Shown here: one piece after another, positions 15,554 through 28,329 of the stretch | How the letters are laid out: each line of letters begins with the position of its first letter | Numbering within the stretch: position 1 is the first letter of the stretch | Source of the DNA: Octopus vulgaris | Taxonomy: Eukaryota | Assembly (NCBI GenBank): GCA_951406725.2 | Contig: OX597814.1 | Location: forward strand, 41,168,001 to 41,232,000 | Direction: 5' to 3' | Length of the DNA stretch: 64,000 bases | Made by a program: the position numbers and the translations under genes | The notes under the pieces: model-generated | The model's database searches: none | Told to the model about the DNA's origin: nothing | The model's input: the letters and a program-made list of their open reading frames with translations, nothing else

Positions 15554-16946
15554 GTTTTTGTATGTTTATACTTATGTATGCAGGTTTTTATGTGTATATA
15601 AGTGATTGTATGTGTGTGCATATATTTACATTTATACATTCCATACAAGCAATTGTGTGTAAATTTCTGCAACCATCTCCTTGATGTGTTGCATATAATG
15701 TTTATAATATGACATTTGGAGCAATTAAGCGATGAAGTTTGCAACGAAAGTGCTTTTATATACATCAGAACACATTGTTTAAATTATTTTTTCGTGTGTT
15801 TTTCTGTTATTTTACTAGTGAAACTTGCATATATTTAAGGGTAATATGTTCGAAGTAATATTAAATTATATAGCATATGCTCACAAGGGGGTTTGTGTTA
15901 TATATGAGGAATATTTATAATTTCGAAATATTTGGAAATGGAGAAAAAAAAATATTTTAAAACTGTATAAAATCTCTTATGAAATATATATCTGAAGTAA
16001 TTATGCAGCGTACTTATATAATCCATAGCGGAGATCTGATTATCCCAACAGTTTGCAATATTCAATGTAATATCATTGCCTTGAGATAGAATTATGTTCA
16101 AAGTAGTAAACTGAGCTAAGATATTTTCTCAAATTATTAAAGTAGCTATTTCTGATCCTTCAATGTCATACTGTCACTGAAAGTAAGAACAGAATTATAT
16201 ATAAAAGCAATTGTACAACCCCGATAAGACGTGGCATGAAAGAGAACATTTCAAATAAGAAACACTGATTTGAATTCTTATTATTATACATATGAGCTTT
16301 TTATTTTCAAGTAATTAATAAATGCAGATATCTAAACTGCACAAGAGAAAGGTATCTTTTTTTCTTTTATCATTAACTTGTTTCAGTCGAGGATTGGTGG
16401 CTATGGTGGAGCGAGGCATTGAAGCGAAGAAATTGACATTAAAAGTCGTGTGGTGATGGGGATAATCGCAAGGATGCACACATGCACACAGAAACACACA
16501 CACACAAAATCAAGCACACATGCACATACAAGGATGCACACATGCACATACAACCACACACAGATTCACAAACACAACACTCACAAACAGACAAATATGA
16601 CCACGTACAAAACCACACACAGAAACAAACATGTGACAACAAAAAATAAGAAAATAGGTAAAGAAGTAAATAATCGATTTTCGGTCATTGGGCAGCTATG
16701 CGTAAGATAATTATGGCAGCATCTGCCAACGCTGGCATCCCGTTGACACAGGCATGCCACAATCGCTCACTACGTCGCTTTCACGCACCAGTTAGTTTTA
16801 ATGAAAATAGTGCTGGAAAGTATAAGTCCCACATGCGACCAGGTCGACTTACGACCTGTTAGTCGGAGCGGAACTTGGTCGTAACGTAGAGAAAAAAAAA
16901 ATATATATATATATATTTATGTATGTATATATACATATAAATATAA

Positions 16947-16947
<1 letters not shown>

Positions 16948-17040
<93 letters not shown>

Positions 17041-17060
17041 ATATATATATATATATATAT
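16948..17060. repeat. (CTAT)n/(TA)n microsatellite
   Basis: Direct inspection; a similar (CTAT)n tract lies at 35333-35470. Confidence 0.95.
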
Positions 17061-17074
17061 GGAAAAGTATTTTA

Positions 17075-18120
17075 GTTAATTATTTCGGGACACCATGGAC
17101 CATTCCACCATTCTAATTTAATTGCTTTTGGGATAACAATGAAATGTGCAGGACCATTTGCATGGAGTTATTGCGCGCAATATTCTTTCTTTTTGTTGCC
17201 CTGAAGGGGCTAAATATAGAAGGGGCAAACAAGGACAGGCAATGGGATTAAGTCGATTACAACGACTCCAGCGCGTAACTGGTACTTAATTTATCGAACC
17301 TGAAAGGATGAAAGGCATATTGACCTCGGCGGAATTTGAACTCAGAACGTAAAAGTGGACGAATTATCGCTAAGCACTTTGCTAACGTTTCTGCCAGCAT
17401 GCCAACTTAATATTCTCACGTTTTTTTATCTCGCCCTTTGTAAAGGACGCATTGCACCGGGCCTAGTCTTGGGTGAATTGTAAACTTAATAGCGATATCA
17501 TTTGGATAATATTGGTGAAATATTTTCCACATGCTGCAGATAAGATATCGCTCACACTGTTGTTGTAGAGAATAGGGCTTCAGTTGTTTAAGCCGTGCCC
17601 AATAGTCATTTTCCCTCGTGCAATTTATTTATTTATTTTCTGATTGATCTTTGTGGCGTTTCAATCCTCATTTTGTTGGGGAGGGCGACCAGCAGTATTC
17701 GAGGTGAACGTAGCGAATGTGGAGAAGTGAATGATGTTGGTTTCATGATACCTAGATTCGAAAGTTCTGAAGATCTACGACCATATTATACGGGCAACTT
17801 CACCTTTTTTGTTGATGTGCACACTCCAGACAAGTTTGCTGTCGACAGTTACATCTACGTCTTTGATATTATCCAACGGTTCAAGTAGATGTGCCGACGG
17901 TAGGGTATATGGTTGTTTGAGTGTGCTCTATACAAAGTTCATATTTTTCTTCGTTCAATTTTTATTTCGTGCCCACTGCGTTACTGCGCATAGATCCGAC
18001 TGAAGCATTGTTCGATCATGTGCTCCCTGAATGATTTCCGGAGCTTAAAGTCATCTGCACATATATTTATGGTGCTATGTTCAATGGAATCTGTAATGTC
18101 CTTAGTGAATATGGTAATGT
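17075..18120 (-). pseudogene. CR1-like LINE ORF2 3' fragment (RT C-terminus), interrupted by a SINE
   Basis: Minus-strand translations: KDITDSIEHSTINICADDFKL, LQSDLCAVTQWA, IKDVDVTVDSKLVWSVHINKK, HLEYCWSP, DYWARLKQLKPYSLQQQCERYLICSMWKIF, HPRLGP, GPAHFIVIPKAIK. Confidence 0.85.
17187..17408 (-). mobile_element. tRNA-derived SINE (family 2) with 8-bp TSD
   Basis: Minus strand GCTGGCAGAAACGTTAGC...GAGTTCAAATTCCGCCGAGGTC...AAGTACCAGTTACGCGCTGG. AATATTCT occurs at 17179-17186 and 17409-17416. Homologous to 29053-29288. Confidence 0.85.
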
Positions 18121-18158
18121 TTTGCTACTGTTACAAATGTGCCTAGAAATGGATTTGT

Positions 18159-18269
18159 GTGTCTTGAATACAATGTTTCGACTAAAGTATAAGTATAAAC
18201 TATATGAATGCACCTTGCTTCTACGAAATGGCATCTTATAGATTATATCCTCATCAGGAAACAAAATAC
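18159..18269 (-). ncRNA. Hammerhead-like motif, decayed (long stem II)
   Basis: Minus strand CTGATGA-[TATAATCTATA...TATAGTTTATA hairpin]-GAAACATTGTA; proximal stem I no longer pairs. Confidence 0.4.
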
Positions 18270-18284
18270 TAGGGATTTGCTATT

Positions 18285-20976
18285 GTACGAGTGATGCATG
18301 ATGCAGAGTTCTGGGCTGATCATAGGCTTTTGCGTGCCAAGGTGAATTTTGTTGTTAAGACTAAGGTTACAGCAAATAATGACAAGTTACCTAAACGGAT
18401 TAATGTGAATAAACTTAAGATTCCGACAGTGAGTTTGTGACTGAGATGAATAATTTGTTATGTGATGGACGCTAGAGGTCATTTGAAGAATGAGTGTACG
18501 AGATTCGTAGTAACATACTTGGCTTTGTAAAAAAAAAAACGCCAAGTTTGGTTTGACGATAATGATGAAAAACTTAATCGTATCTTAGAGAAGAAGCGAA
18601 AGGCATTTAAACTGTTGCAAAATGTTGTCATGTAACGGAACAGGACAGTGGCTATGTTTTTCAAGTTAGTAAAAGCAACAGAGCAGTGGAAGCTACGGAT
18701 GATGCAGGAAAATTGATGGAGGGATAGATGCGGTGAAATCAAAGGAGCTTCAAATGCTCACAGTTCTGCACTTTTTTTTTACTCTCGAAAAACGTTTACG
18801 GACCAGTTTCAGTAAAGGTTTCCCCACACCAGATCAAGAATGACACAAAATTATTAACAAATCCTAAAGATATTGGGAGAATGAGAGGATATTTTGATGA
18901 GTTGCTGAATAGACCCAATGATGTTGATCTCTCATTGCTTGATAATACACCCAAGACACCAATAAAACATCTTATAACAGAAGCTCCAAACCTGGCTGAA
19001 ATAAAAGCAGCAATCAGGAAAGTGAACAATGGAAAGCCTCCTTGTATGGACGGATTAGGTGCAGAGATATATAAATAGGGTGGTGATCATCTTTGTGCAA
19101 TGTTGACGGATGTGATTCAGAGGGTTTGGCAAAGTGAAGAGGTTCCTCCGGATTGGTGTGATGCTTCTATGGAGATTTTATATAAATATAAAGGGGGAAA
19201 GGATGTATGTGATAGCTGTTGCTGGAAAGGTTTTTGTAGTTTAATGTTGGATAGGTTGCTTCTGTACATTGCTGATGAGGTACTACCAGAATCGTAAAGT
19301 GAGTTTAGGGCTAGTTGGAATACTATGGATATGATATTTTCGGCTAGACAATTGCTAGAGAGTGCACCGAACAAGATATGGACGGATACAAGGTTTTCAT
19401 TGACCTAATAAAAGCGCTTGATTTTATCAATAGAATTGTACTTTGGGAGATCCTAAAAAAGCTAGGTAGCCTTGAAAAACTTATGAGAATGTTTAGACAA
19501 TTTCATGACAAGATGGAACTGAATTAATGTTGAAAGTACGTGATCATATCCAATTTCTGTAGAAAATTGTGTAACGCAAGGTGATATTCCTGCTCCTACA
19601 CTGTTTCCTATATATTTCGCAATAGACTTTCAAAAAGATTTTAAACATTGCCCTTAAGGGGTCTATATAAGATGTAGGGCAACAGGAAAACTGTTCAATC
19701 GGAAAAGACTCTGTGCTAAAACGGAAGTTCTGCATTCTCGCCTTGTGAAATTTCTGCATGCAGATGAATATGACATGTTGCCATATTCTCAGAAAGATAT
19801 GCAGCCCATAGTGAATGCCATTTCTGCAGCATTTGCAGCATTAAGACTAACAATCAATCTAAAAAAATAATCGTATAATGTACCAGCCCTCGTCCTCCAA
19901 GATGCATGTGGAACCTTTTATAACTGTGAATGGTCAAATGTTGGATACTGTACCTAGATTTATTTATTTAGGTGGCACCTGGAGCACTGCTGCTCTTGGT
20001 GATGAAATTCCATACAGAATCAGCAATGCTATTAGTGCTTTTGGTAGGCTTGATAGGCGTCTGTGGAAACAACGTAATATACCTTCACAAATTAAAGTTA
20101 AGGTATATAACACATGCGTCCTCTCATCTTTGATATATGGACTTGAGGCATGGGTCTTTTACCGTAGGCAGGAAAGACAATTGGAACGATTTCCTGAATA
20201 CTGTCTGAGAAAAAAGTTTGGGGATCAACTGGAAAATGGCCATTAGTAATGTGGAGGTGCTTGAGAGGAGTGGCAATAGAAGCATAGAGTCAATGATTTT
20301 GCAAATACGCTTGATGTAAGGTTTAAGACATTTGGTAAGAATGAGTGATGAACCAATGTTAAAGCCGTTATTGAAAGGTGAGCTGGAAGATAGCAGGAGA
20401 CCAGCGCAAAAGCCGAAACTAAAGTTTAAGGATTGCCTTAAAATGCTCTAATACAGGAATTTCAGCTGGAAATTGGAAAGGAAGCACAATACCGTGTTCG
20501 ATGGAGGACGATAGTGCAAGATGGTTGTTCAAGTTTCGAGAGTGAGAGAGAGTGAAGTAAAAGAGAATCAGTAGGGGCTTAGAAATGGGACCTGTGGAAA
20601 GTGAGAGATTATTGCTTTCTATGTGTGTGGTTTATGGGTAGAGATGATTGGGTCGCGCAGGCCTGGTTGAGGTATCAACATTCTCATAGAATTCGAGCCA
20701 TAATAAACAATGAGGTTGCTATTAAAATTCATAACAGTACGTGTATAATATGGGGAAGGGTGTGACTCTCAGATTTAGGTCTAAAAAGACATGCTAAGAG
20801 AGTGCATATGATGAGACCTGTTTATCTTGCCATCCAGCACAGTTGTCTAGTATGTAATAAAATATGTAAAAGCTTGGTCGGGCTTAAAAGTCATATAAAT
20901 GCATCACTTGGCAACAATCATGAATCATTTCAGTAAATCTTGGTACTGGCCTTCCTCGTGTAACGAGGATGCATCT

Positions 20977-20980
<4 letters not shown>
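18285..20980 (+). pseudogene. RTE-clade LINE, 5'-truncated, with many stops and frameshifts
   Basis: ADHRLLRAKV (end of APE), WFDDND, YFDELLNRP, NGKPPCMDGLGAEIYK, VLPES, DMIFSARQL, FIDLIKALD, QGDIPAPTLF, LIYGLEAWVFYRRQERQLERF. C-terminal CxxC..H motif (CLVCNKICKSLVGLKSH). Ends in hairpin CCTCGTGTAACGAGG then (TA)n. Confidence 0.93.
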
Positions 20981-21029
<49 letters not shown>

Positions 21030-21030
<1 letters not shown>

Positions 21031-21235
21031 AAATGTGACCACGTGTGTACCGTTGGCGATTTTTTTCCTCTGTCTTCCCTTCTCTGGATGTTTCCTTCTC
21101 CTATGTTTCCGACAAAGAGCTCCGCTCGAAACGTTAAACCCCCCTTCTTTCCTTCTTTCCTGAGCGTCCAATAATACTATATTTGTTCCACGTCCTCGCT
21201 TTGTGTTGTTTTTTTGCTTTCTTGTTTGGATTAAC

Positions 21236-21237
<2 letters not shown>
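21030..21237 (+). mobile_element. (TA)n-embedded PLE-type unit, family A, with hammerhead variant at 21105-21139
   Basis: Homologous to 31500-31700 and 57477-57681(-). Motif GTTT-CCGACAA-A-GAGC-TCC-GCTC-GAAACGTT-AAAC. Confidence 0.8.
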
Positions 21238-21266
<29 letters not shown>

Positions 21267-22090
21267 GGAGAGAGAGAGAGAAGGGTAGAGAGGCATGTCA
21301 GTATGTAATTGTGCATTTATATATCTCCCTTGCGTTCTCTTTCACAGTCTGTCTCTCATTCTCTCACTGTATCTTTCTTTCTCTCACTCTCTCTGTATAC
21401 ATATACATATTAAAATACATATAATTATATATATATATATATATATATACGATATACATGTGTGTGATTGTATATACATAAGTATATATATATGTTTGTA
21501 TAAGCACACACAAACACACATATGTATATATGTATGTGTGTATGTATGTATGTATGTATGTATGTATGTATGTATGTATTTATTTATGTATGTATGAATG
21601 TATTCATATGCGCCTATGGTTCTGTGTGTGAGAAGATTATTGCATCACAGATTGTGCACTTATGTGTCTCTGGGTCAGCTAAGGGCAAGAATGTGCTCCG
21701 CATATAGACTGTAGATGATGTATTTATTGAAATATGGTTATTGAGCGCACTAATCCTCAAAATTTCTCGCTACATGCAGTTATCAATCGACACAAAATAT
21801 GAATATATATCCCGCGGCAAGAATATTTGGACACAAAGAACTGTCGGTTGAGGAAATGTATAGTAATGAACAAGTGAATAAATATATACGCACAATATAT
21901 ACAAATGCACTCATATATACATACACACATGCTCACCTTTATTCGCACATATCTCCCTGACGCTCTGCACTCCTCTCCCTCCCCCACTCTATCTCTGTCT
22001 ATATATATAGAGAGAAAGAAAGAAAGAGAGACAGAGAGACAGAGAGAAAGTGATAGTCAAAGAGGTAAATATATATAACTACATCCACAC

Positions 22091-22125
<35 letters not shown>

Positions 22126-22194
22126 ATGCATATATATATAGGTAGTTGGATATAATGCAAGTTTACATGCATACTTACATACATACATACGTAC

Positions 22195-22273
<79 letters not shown>

Positions 22274-23307
22274 CGACCCCGACAACATGCGCAGAAGAAC
22301 ATACGCAAATAGAGATATCAGTGTACTTAATTGCATATATCCATCAATATAAGCGCACATATGTTACCGCTAATATTACTTTGTGTGTTTGCGTTATTAT
22401 TATTATTTTTTATCTATTCTATCTAATATGAATATTGCGAATTGATAGTGCATTAGCGATTATGGAAAAGATTATGGACACACATAATTTTATCAGTGTA
22501 TTATAGAGCGGAAGTTAATTTATGAAATTTTACTATGAAATATACATTAAGTTATATTAATATCATATTTGATCTTCCATAAATATATTCTTAATATATA
22601 CCATATATTACTCTGCTTCTGACATATCAGTCAATATTAAAAATAATGTAACTTTCACATTATGAAATGCATTTAAATGCATTAACCGTCTTGATGTAAA
22701 TAACATATATTTATGTTATCATTTTATTGAATATTTTTCCCAAACGTTCTTATCATTATTCCCATTTGCCACGTTTTAATATATTGCAGGTGGGAGGTCA
22801 GTAAAATTTCATTTCTCGTCGACCACACATTTCAACAGCCAGGAAAAACTTTTAATCAAATAAATCGATAGTAATACATTCCCTAGTGCCTAATGGGTCC
22901 AATAATAAATATATAGTGCGTGCATATAGACATAAAGTGATACGGTGTAAACCAAATACAGAGTTGTTCAAACCTTGATTTAATGCTAACACATATAAAT
23001 TTAAACCTTATTGCGCACATGCTTAAAAACATGAATACATGTTTGAGTCCCTCTGTCAGTCTTTATATTTTTATCTCTCTTTCTCTCCCTTCATATCTTC
23101 GAAATTTCTGTTGAAGGCTAGATCCATGCTGTAAAGTATCAAATTAAGAGAAATACGTAGGAGCTGATTTGGTGTGATATATGAGTGAACACACACACAA
23201 ACACACAAATATATTGATACACGTAGTTTTCAATATAGCAATTTAAATATGGATACAGGTATTTATATGTATTCAAAAGAAAATTGCATATGTACAAGCA
23301 TATATGC

Positions 23308-23355
<48 letters not shown>

Positions 23356-23534
23356 TTATGTCTGTCTGTATGTATTTATGTATGCACATATGTATGCATG
23401 TACGTATGTATATATATATATGTATGTATACATGCACAAACACACAGACACACAGACACACACACACACATACACACACACACAAACACACACACACATA
23501 TATATATTTATATATTTTTATATTTGTATATATA

Positions 23535-23765
23535 AACTTGGCGATGTCAAAACGTTTCCGGACCAGTAAATTTTATTAAATATTAACTTATTTTCCTAAA
23601 TCTTAAAATCATTAGCTTCGTAGTCCTCTTGCGCAGCAATATACGGATTGCAGCATTCGTGCACCGTTTTTTTTATATCCCGCCGGTTATCTGATTTCGG
23701 AAGCGAGGTGAGCACCTTCTGTTCTTCACTTCCGCCCTCGTCTATGCTGTTAAAACGGTGACAGG
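23535..23765 (-). mobile_element. mariner 3' end remnant
   Basis: Minus strand HRFNSIDE..EEQKVLTSL ... IAAQEDYE resembles the mariner C-terminus (RF.S.EE / RCIAxxGDYFE). TIR-like GTCAAAACGTTTCCGGAC. Confidence 0.55.
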
Positions 23766-24032
23766 GTGTATTGTTGTAGTGAAGAATCTAAATCTTCAAA
23801 AGTGTATGTACAATACAAACCCCAGGTAAATCTTCATGAATGACAAGTGTAATCCAATGATATCTACGCAGAAAATTAAGACATTCAGAGTATTTAACGA
23901 CAGAGAAAAATAGGTACCGAAACAAAATGACATCCTTATTGAAGATCACATATTACAAATGCAACAATTGCTTCAATTGCACTAACATATACATTCATAT
24001 ATATATATATATATTCACGTCCACACACATGC

Positions 24033-24088
<56 letters not shown>

Positions 24089-24263
24089 ATAAATATTAGG
24101 GAATAAATCCAAATTTACAGGGAAAAAATCAGATTTAGGATTAAATCCAATTTTATAGTAAAATATTATAAAATATTATTAGAGACAAAACCACTATTTT
24201 GCAAAACAAACAAGGAAAGACTTAATCAATACATAAAATTTTAATAAATAGTCAAAAAAACCG

Positions 24264-24306
24264 CCACTACAATTGTTTCTTGTCTTGATCGACAATCTTC
24301 AGGTGG
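24264..24306 (-). ncRNA. Minimal type-I hammerhead ribozyme, intact core
   Basis: CCAC-CUGAAGA-UUGUC(GAUCAA)GACAA-GAA-ACAAUUGU-A^GUGG: 4-bp stem I, 5-bp stem II, palindromic stem III, GUA triplet. Confidence 0.82.
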
Positions 24307-24338
24307 ACTTCCAATAAGTCAGTTGACTTATTGGAAGT

Positions 24339-24381
24339 CCACCTGAAGATTGTCGATCAAGAAAAGAAACAATTGTAGTGG
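24339..24381 (+). ncRNA. Minimal type-I hammerhead ribozyme (mirror copy, one stem II mismatch)
   Basis: CCAC-CTGAAGA-TTGTC-GATCAA-GAAAA-GAAACAATTGTA-GTGG. Confidence 0.72.
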
Positions 24382-24476
24382 CGGTTTTTTTGACTATTTA
24401 TTAAAATTTTATGTATTGATTAAGTCTTTCCTTGTTTGTTTTGCAAAATAGTGGTTTTGTCTCTAATAATATTTAA

Positions 24477-24516
<40 letters not shown>

Positions 24517-24544
24517 TTATTAAAATTAATAATAATATGAACAA

Positions 24545-27500
24545 ATATTTATGTTAACACATTACCAAGGTAATCCTAGGTTGTGAAATTTTAACTGAAC
24601 ATCTGAAAATCTATTATGTGTTTAAAAAACGCTAGAGAAAAGAAACGCCAAACTAAATTTAACTTTACACATTCACTCATTCAACCGAGAGATAGTTGAT
24701 TGACTAACTTTATAAAATATTAAAACATACCATACTAATTTCATAGTTTTTGACAATGTGAAGTGTACCTAGAAAACGTTGTGGTAAAGTGAAATGACTT
24801 TGTACATCATCCGTTCAGGAGAAGAGGTCTCGAAACCAAAAGTTTTCAAAAAAAAATTGCAGCAGGGATGGTGGTGATCCCTGCTGTACTCTTTCACCAC
24901 AACTTTCTCTCACTCTTACTTCCTTGTTCTGTTGTACCTGTATTTCAAAGGGTCGGCCTTGTCACTCTCTGTGTCACGCTGAATATCCCCGAGAACTGCG
25001 TTAAGGGGGCTAAACGATGATGTAGAAACGATTATAATTATCTACAGTTTATTGATGAAGTCAATGGTTATCTAAACAACGAAAAATGCAGACAAAAATT
25101 CTACGTTGATGTTTAATAGATAACTATAGAATAACAACTACAGATAATAATTCTACGTAATTCTTAATAGGAACTTACATACTTTACATAACATTAACTA
25201 CTTAGCTATTTATTAGTTTGATAAGCCATTCTACAGGAATTAATCTAATCATATAAACTTTTATTCAAAACATGTTTAACCACTGAGTACTTCACAGGAT
25301 GTCTAAAAAATAAAATTTCAGAGAAAGACAACCAAATAACTATTTGTTCATTATAATAAACACTTACGCTGGATACCTAAAGAATAAACAAATCATATAA
25401 GATAATTAAATACTTATTTATTTATTATATTGTACCCTTTCATAAGAATTGAGATTAGTATATAATAATTGAAAATTTATAATACATACAATTCTCGATG
25501 ATCTCGGGAGAAAATGAAAGAATAAAAATAATATGAATTCTACACTATGCTTAATCGAAGCTTTCATACTTTACATCGCTATAGTTAATTACTTACTGAA
25601 TAAATTAAACGCCTTATTGGGAACTACTCATACTACTATTGGGAACTACTCATATTATATAATAATGAATTAAATAATTATTATAATTAACAATTCAAAT
25701 ATTTGAATGTCTTTCTAAATCTACAGCTACATCTTAAATGTAAGTGCTCATTAAATATTTATAGACATAATAAGAATAGATCAACAAATATTACATGGTA
25801 ACATACAAACATTTTCATGGTTAATAGCTTAAAATATCCCTCGTAAATTTTTTGCAGCATGAGATATGTATTACCCGACATGAAGTGGATATGGGAAATT
25901 ATTTAATAGACACAGTTTTAAGCTTTCGTATTCAAACACTAGAAATTTTGCTTAGATTATTACAGCAAAAAATAAACAATGAATTAGAGAATATCTAATT
26001 TCTAAATCTAAATGTAGTTATAGAACTGATAATAGGTAAAGAGAAATTAACGTTAATGATAATAATTCGGGAAAAAAGGTTTAGATTCTAATATTAATCA
26101 AAACACAGACGACATACAGTTAGTGATTTCTTTTTACCTTGCATTAGAATTAATTCTAATAATAATTTTTATTATAATTCAACATTAACACCTATTTTAC
26201 AGACTGGTGCTTCTAGAATTTTCTATATTTATAAGGGCGATTTACATGTAAACTAACTCATGTATAATTATGTAAACAAAACCCGTTGCCATTTTGAATA
26301 TCAATGTTTAACGAAGAATATAGTATATCAACGTGAGATAACTAGATATCGTCCACTAATCTTAGTAAATACAGTCGAAATTTTAAGGATAAGAATATTA
26401 AATATGATTTAAAGTGATCCATTATTAATCATGCACCCTCGTGTAATATTGGGAATTCTACTTGTGATATTTGCCCCGAATAATTACATTTTATAATTAC
26501 TTCCAAATAATTGTTATTGAATTTTAATGGACACATAACTTTAAGATGTTGCCAAACATTTACAAAGCCATTCAAATATTTCAAGTATTAAATATAATAT
26601 TATTTTAATTAATTATTATATAAGGTGTTTAGAATAATGTGTAAATAATTTATTATAGCTATGTAAATTACCTAAGCTTCGATTAAGCATAACGTAGTAT
26701 TCATTTCTTTAATTTCTATTCTTCAATTAACTATCGGGATCATCAAGAATTGTAAATATTATTGATTATAATCTTTCAATTATTATAATATAATCATAAT
26801 TCCTATAAAAGCGTTTAATACAATAAGTAAATACGTATTTAATTATCTTATCATTTATGTTTATTCTTTAGTTATCCAGCGTAGTTATCAATAATTGTAT
26901 ATATCATTATTAATTATAATACTTCTTCAAGTATTACAGGAGTAGATTAATTCCTATATAAGAGTTTATTATAATGGATAGGTATTTGGTTCTCGTTTCT
27001 GTAATTTCATTTTTTAATTATCCAGTGAGGTCCTCGATGGTTGTATATGTTGTTGAATATACTAATCTTTCAGTTTACATATTATAATGTTCATTCTTGT
27101 AGAAGAGCTTATTATATTAAATAAATAATTAACTGATTAATTATTGTGATGTAAAGTATCTAAGGTTCTATTAAGCATTACGTAAAATTATTATCTGTAG
27201 ATTTTTATTCTAATCTTATCTATTAGGCATAACGTAAAATAATTTTTGCCTGCTGTTTTAGTTCTTTAGATATCCATTGATTTCATCAATATCTATAGAT
27301 AAATTGCTCGTTTTTTACGTTATGCTTTAGGGTTCATTTTTTATGTAAATTTCGAATCGTCAAAAACTATGGAATTAGTATGGACATTTTCATATTTTAT
27401 TCATATAGAATATACTAGTTATTCAATGATGACACCCTTGGTTTAATGTATGCATGTCTAAAGGTAAATTTAGTTTGGCGTTTCTTTTTGTTAGCGCATT

Positions 27501-27575
27501 TTAACAGCTAAAGGTTTTCCAGATGTTCACTTAATATTTCACTAATTTGGATTAGCTTGATAATTTGTATATGTA
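24545..27575. pseudogene. Convergent inverted pair of a decayed, unidentified repeat-containing ORF
   Basis: ~24555-25750 (+) aligns with the reverse complement of ~26530-27570. Shared peptides: YQGNP/YQANP, EILTEHL/EILSEHL, KKRQTKF, HTNFIVFD/HTNSIVFD, IDEVNGYL/IDEINGYL and a repeated (F/Y)Y(V/T)(M/I)LNRx(L/F)xxLH motif. Confidence 0.6.
24778..25008 (+). mobile_element. SINE fragment (family 3) inserted in the left arm of the inverted pair
   Basis: TATTTCAAAGGGTCGGCCTTGTCACTCTCTGTGTCACGCTGAATATCCCCGAGAACTGCGTTAA is homologous to 33596-33659; absent from the right arm. Confidence 0.65.
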
Positions 27576-27656
27576 TATGATTTATAAATGTGTGTGTGTA
27601 CGTGTGTGCGAGTAATTGTTCGTGTGCATGTGTGCGTGTGTGTTAGTGTGCATATA

Positions 27657-27719
<63 letters not shown>

Positions 27720-28329
27720 ATGTTCAATTAATTGAAACAGTTGTTGGAACTTTAAGGTGTTATCTAAAATTGAGAAATGATTTTCATCGTACGTATTATT
27801 GGATGTTACATACACGCACACACGCACACGCACACACATACACACACACACACATATATATAGAGAGAGAAAGAGAGAGAGACAGACATAGACAGAGAGA
27901 GAGAGAAGAAGAAGTAGAGATGAGGCAGTCATTATTTTGGATTGTTCTTCATCAGCGCTTTCGTTCGTTTATCGCACTCGTGAAGAGAAAATCAAAGTTG
28001 CAAAAACGGAACGTTTTGTTGTTCATTTAGCTTTTTTTAGCTTTGTTTATAGAAGATGAAAATACTTTTGTTTTTTGGGGAAAGGGAGGTGCGGAAGTGG
28101 AAATAGGCAAAGAAGGGAAGAATAGATACAAGGAGAGAAAGGTGTCAGGATAATCAAGGAAGAGGGGAAATAATAAATTATAGAGAAAGGAAGATAGAAA
28201 GGTATAGAGATAGATAAACAGATAGACAGACAGACAGATAGAGAGAGAGAGAGAGTGTGTAGGAACGAGAAAGAAATGGAGAAAGAGAAAGAGAAACAGA
28301 CAGACAAAGGTTTCTTTTCAACTGAAATT

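Larger units (their letters stand above)
24085..24480. repeat. Near-perfect 151-bp-arm palindrome (PLE-type unit) between (TA)n tracts
   Basis: 24171-24321 is the reverse complement of 24324-24474 with one visible mismatch; 2-bp centre. Confidence 0.95.

Noticed and set aside
16730-16890. Tigger-like terminal fragment (ACGACC...GGTCGTAAC)
   Set aside because: No matching opposite TIR or TSD.
25616-25655. Short direct duplications (also 38361-38414, 51428-51472, 52501-52535) as CRISPR-like repeats
   Set aside because: Only two copies each with no spacer array, in a eukaryotic context; local slippage duplications.
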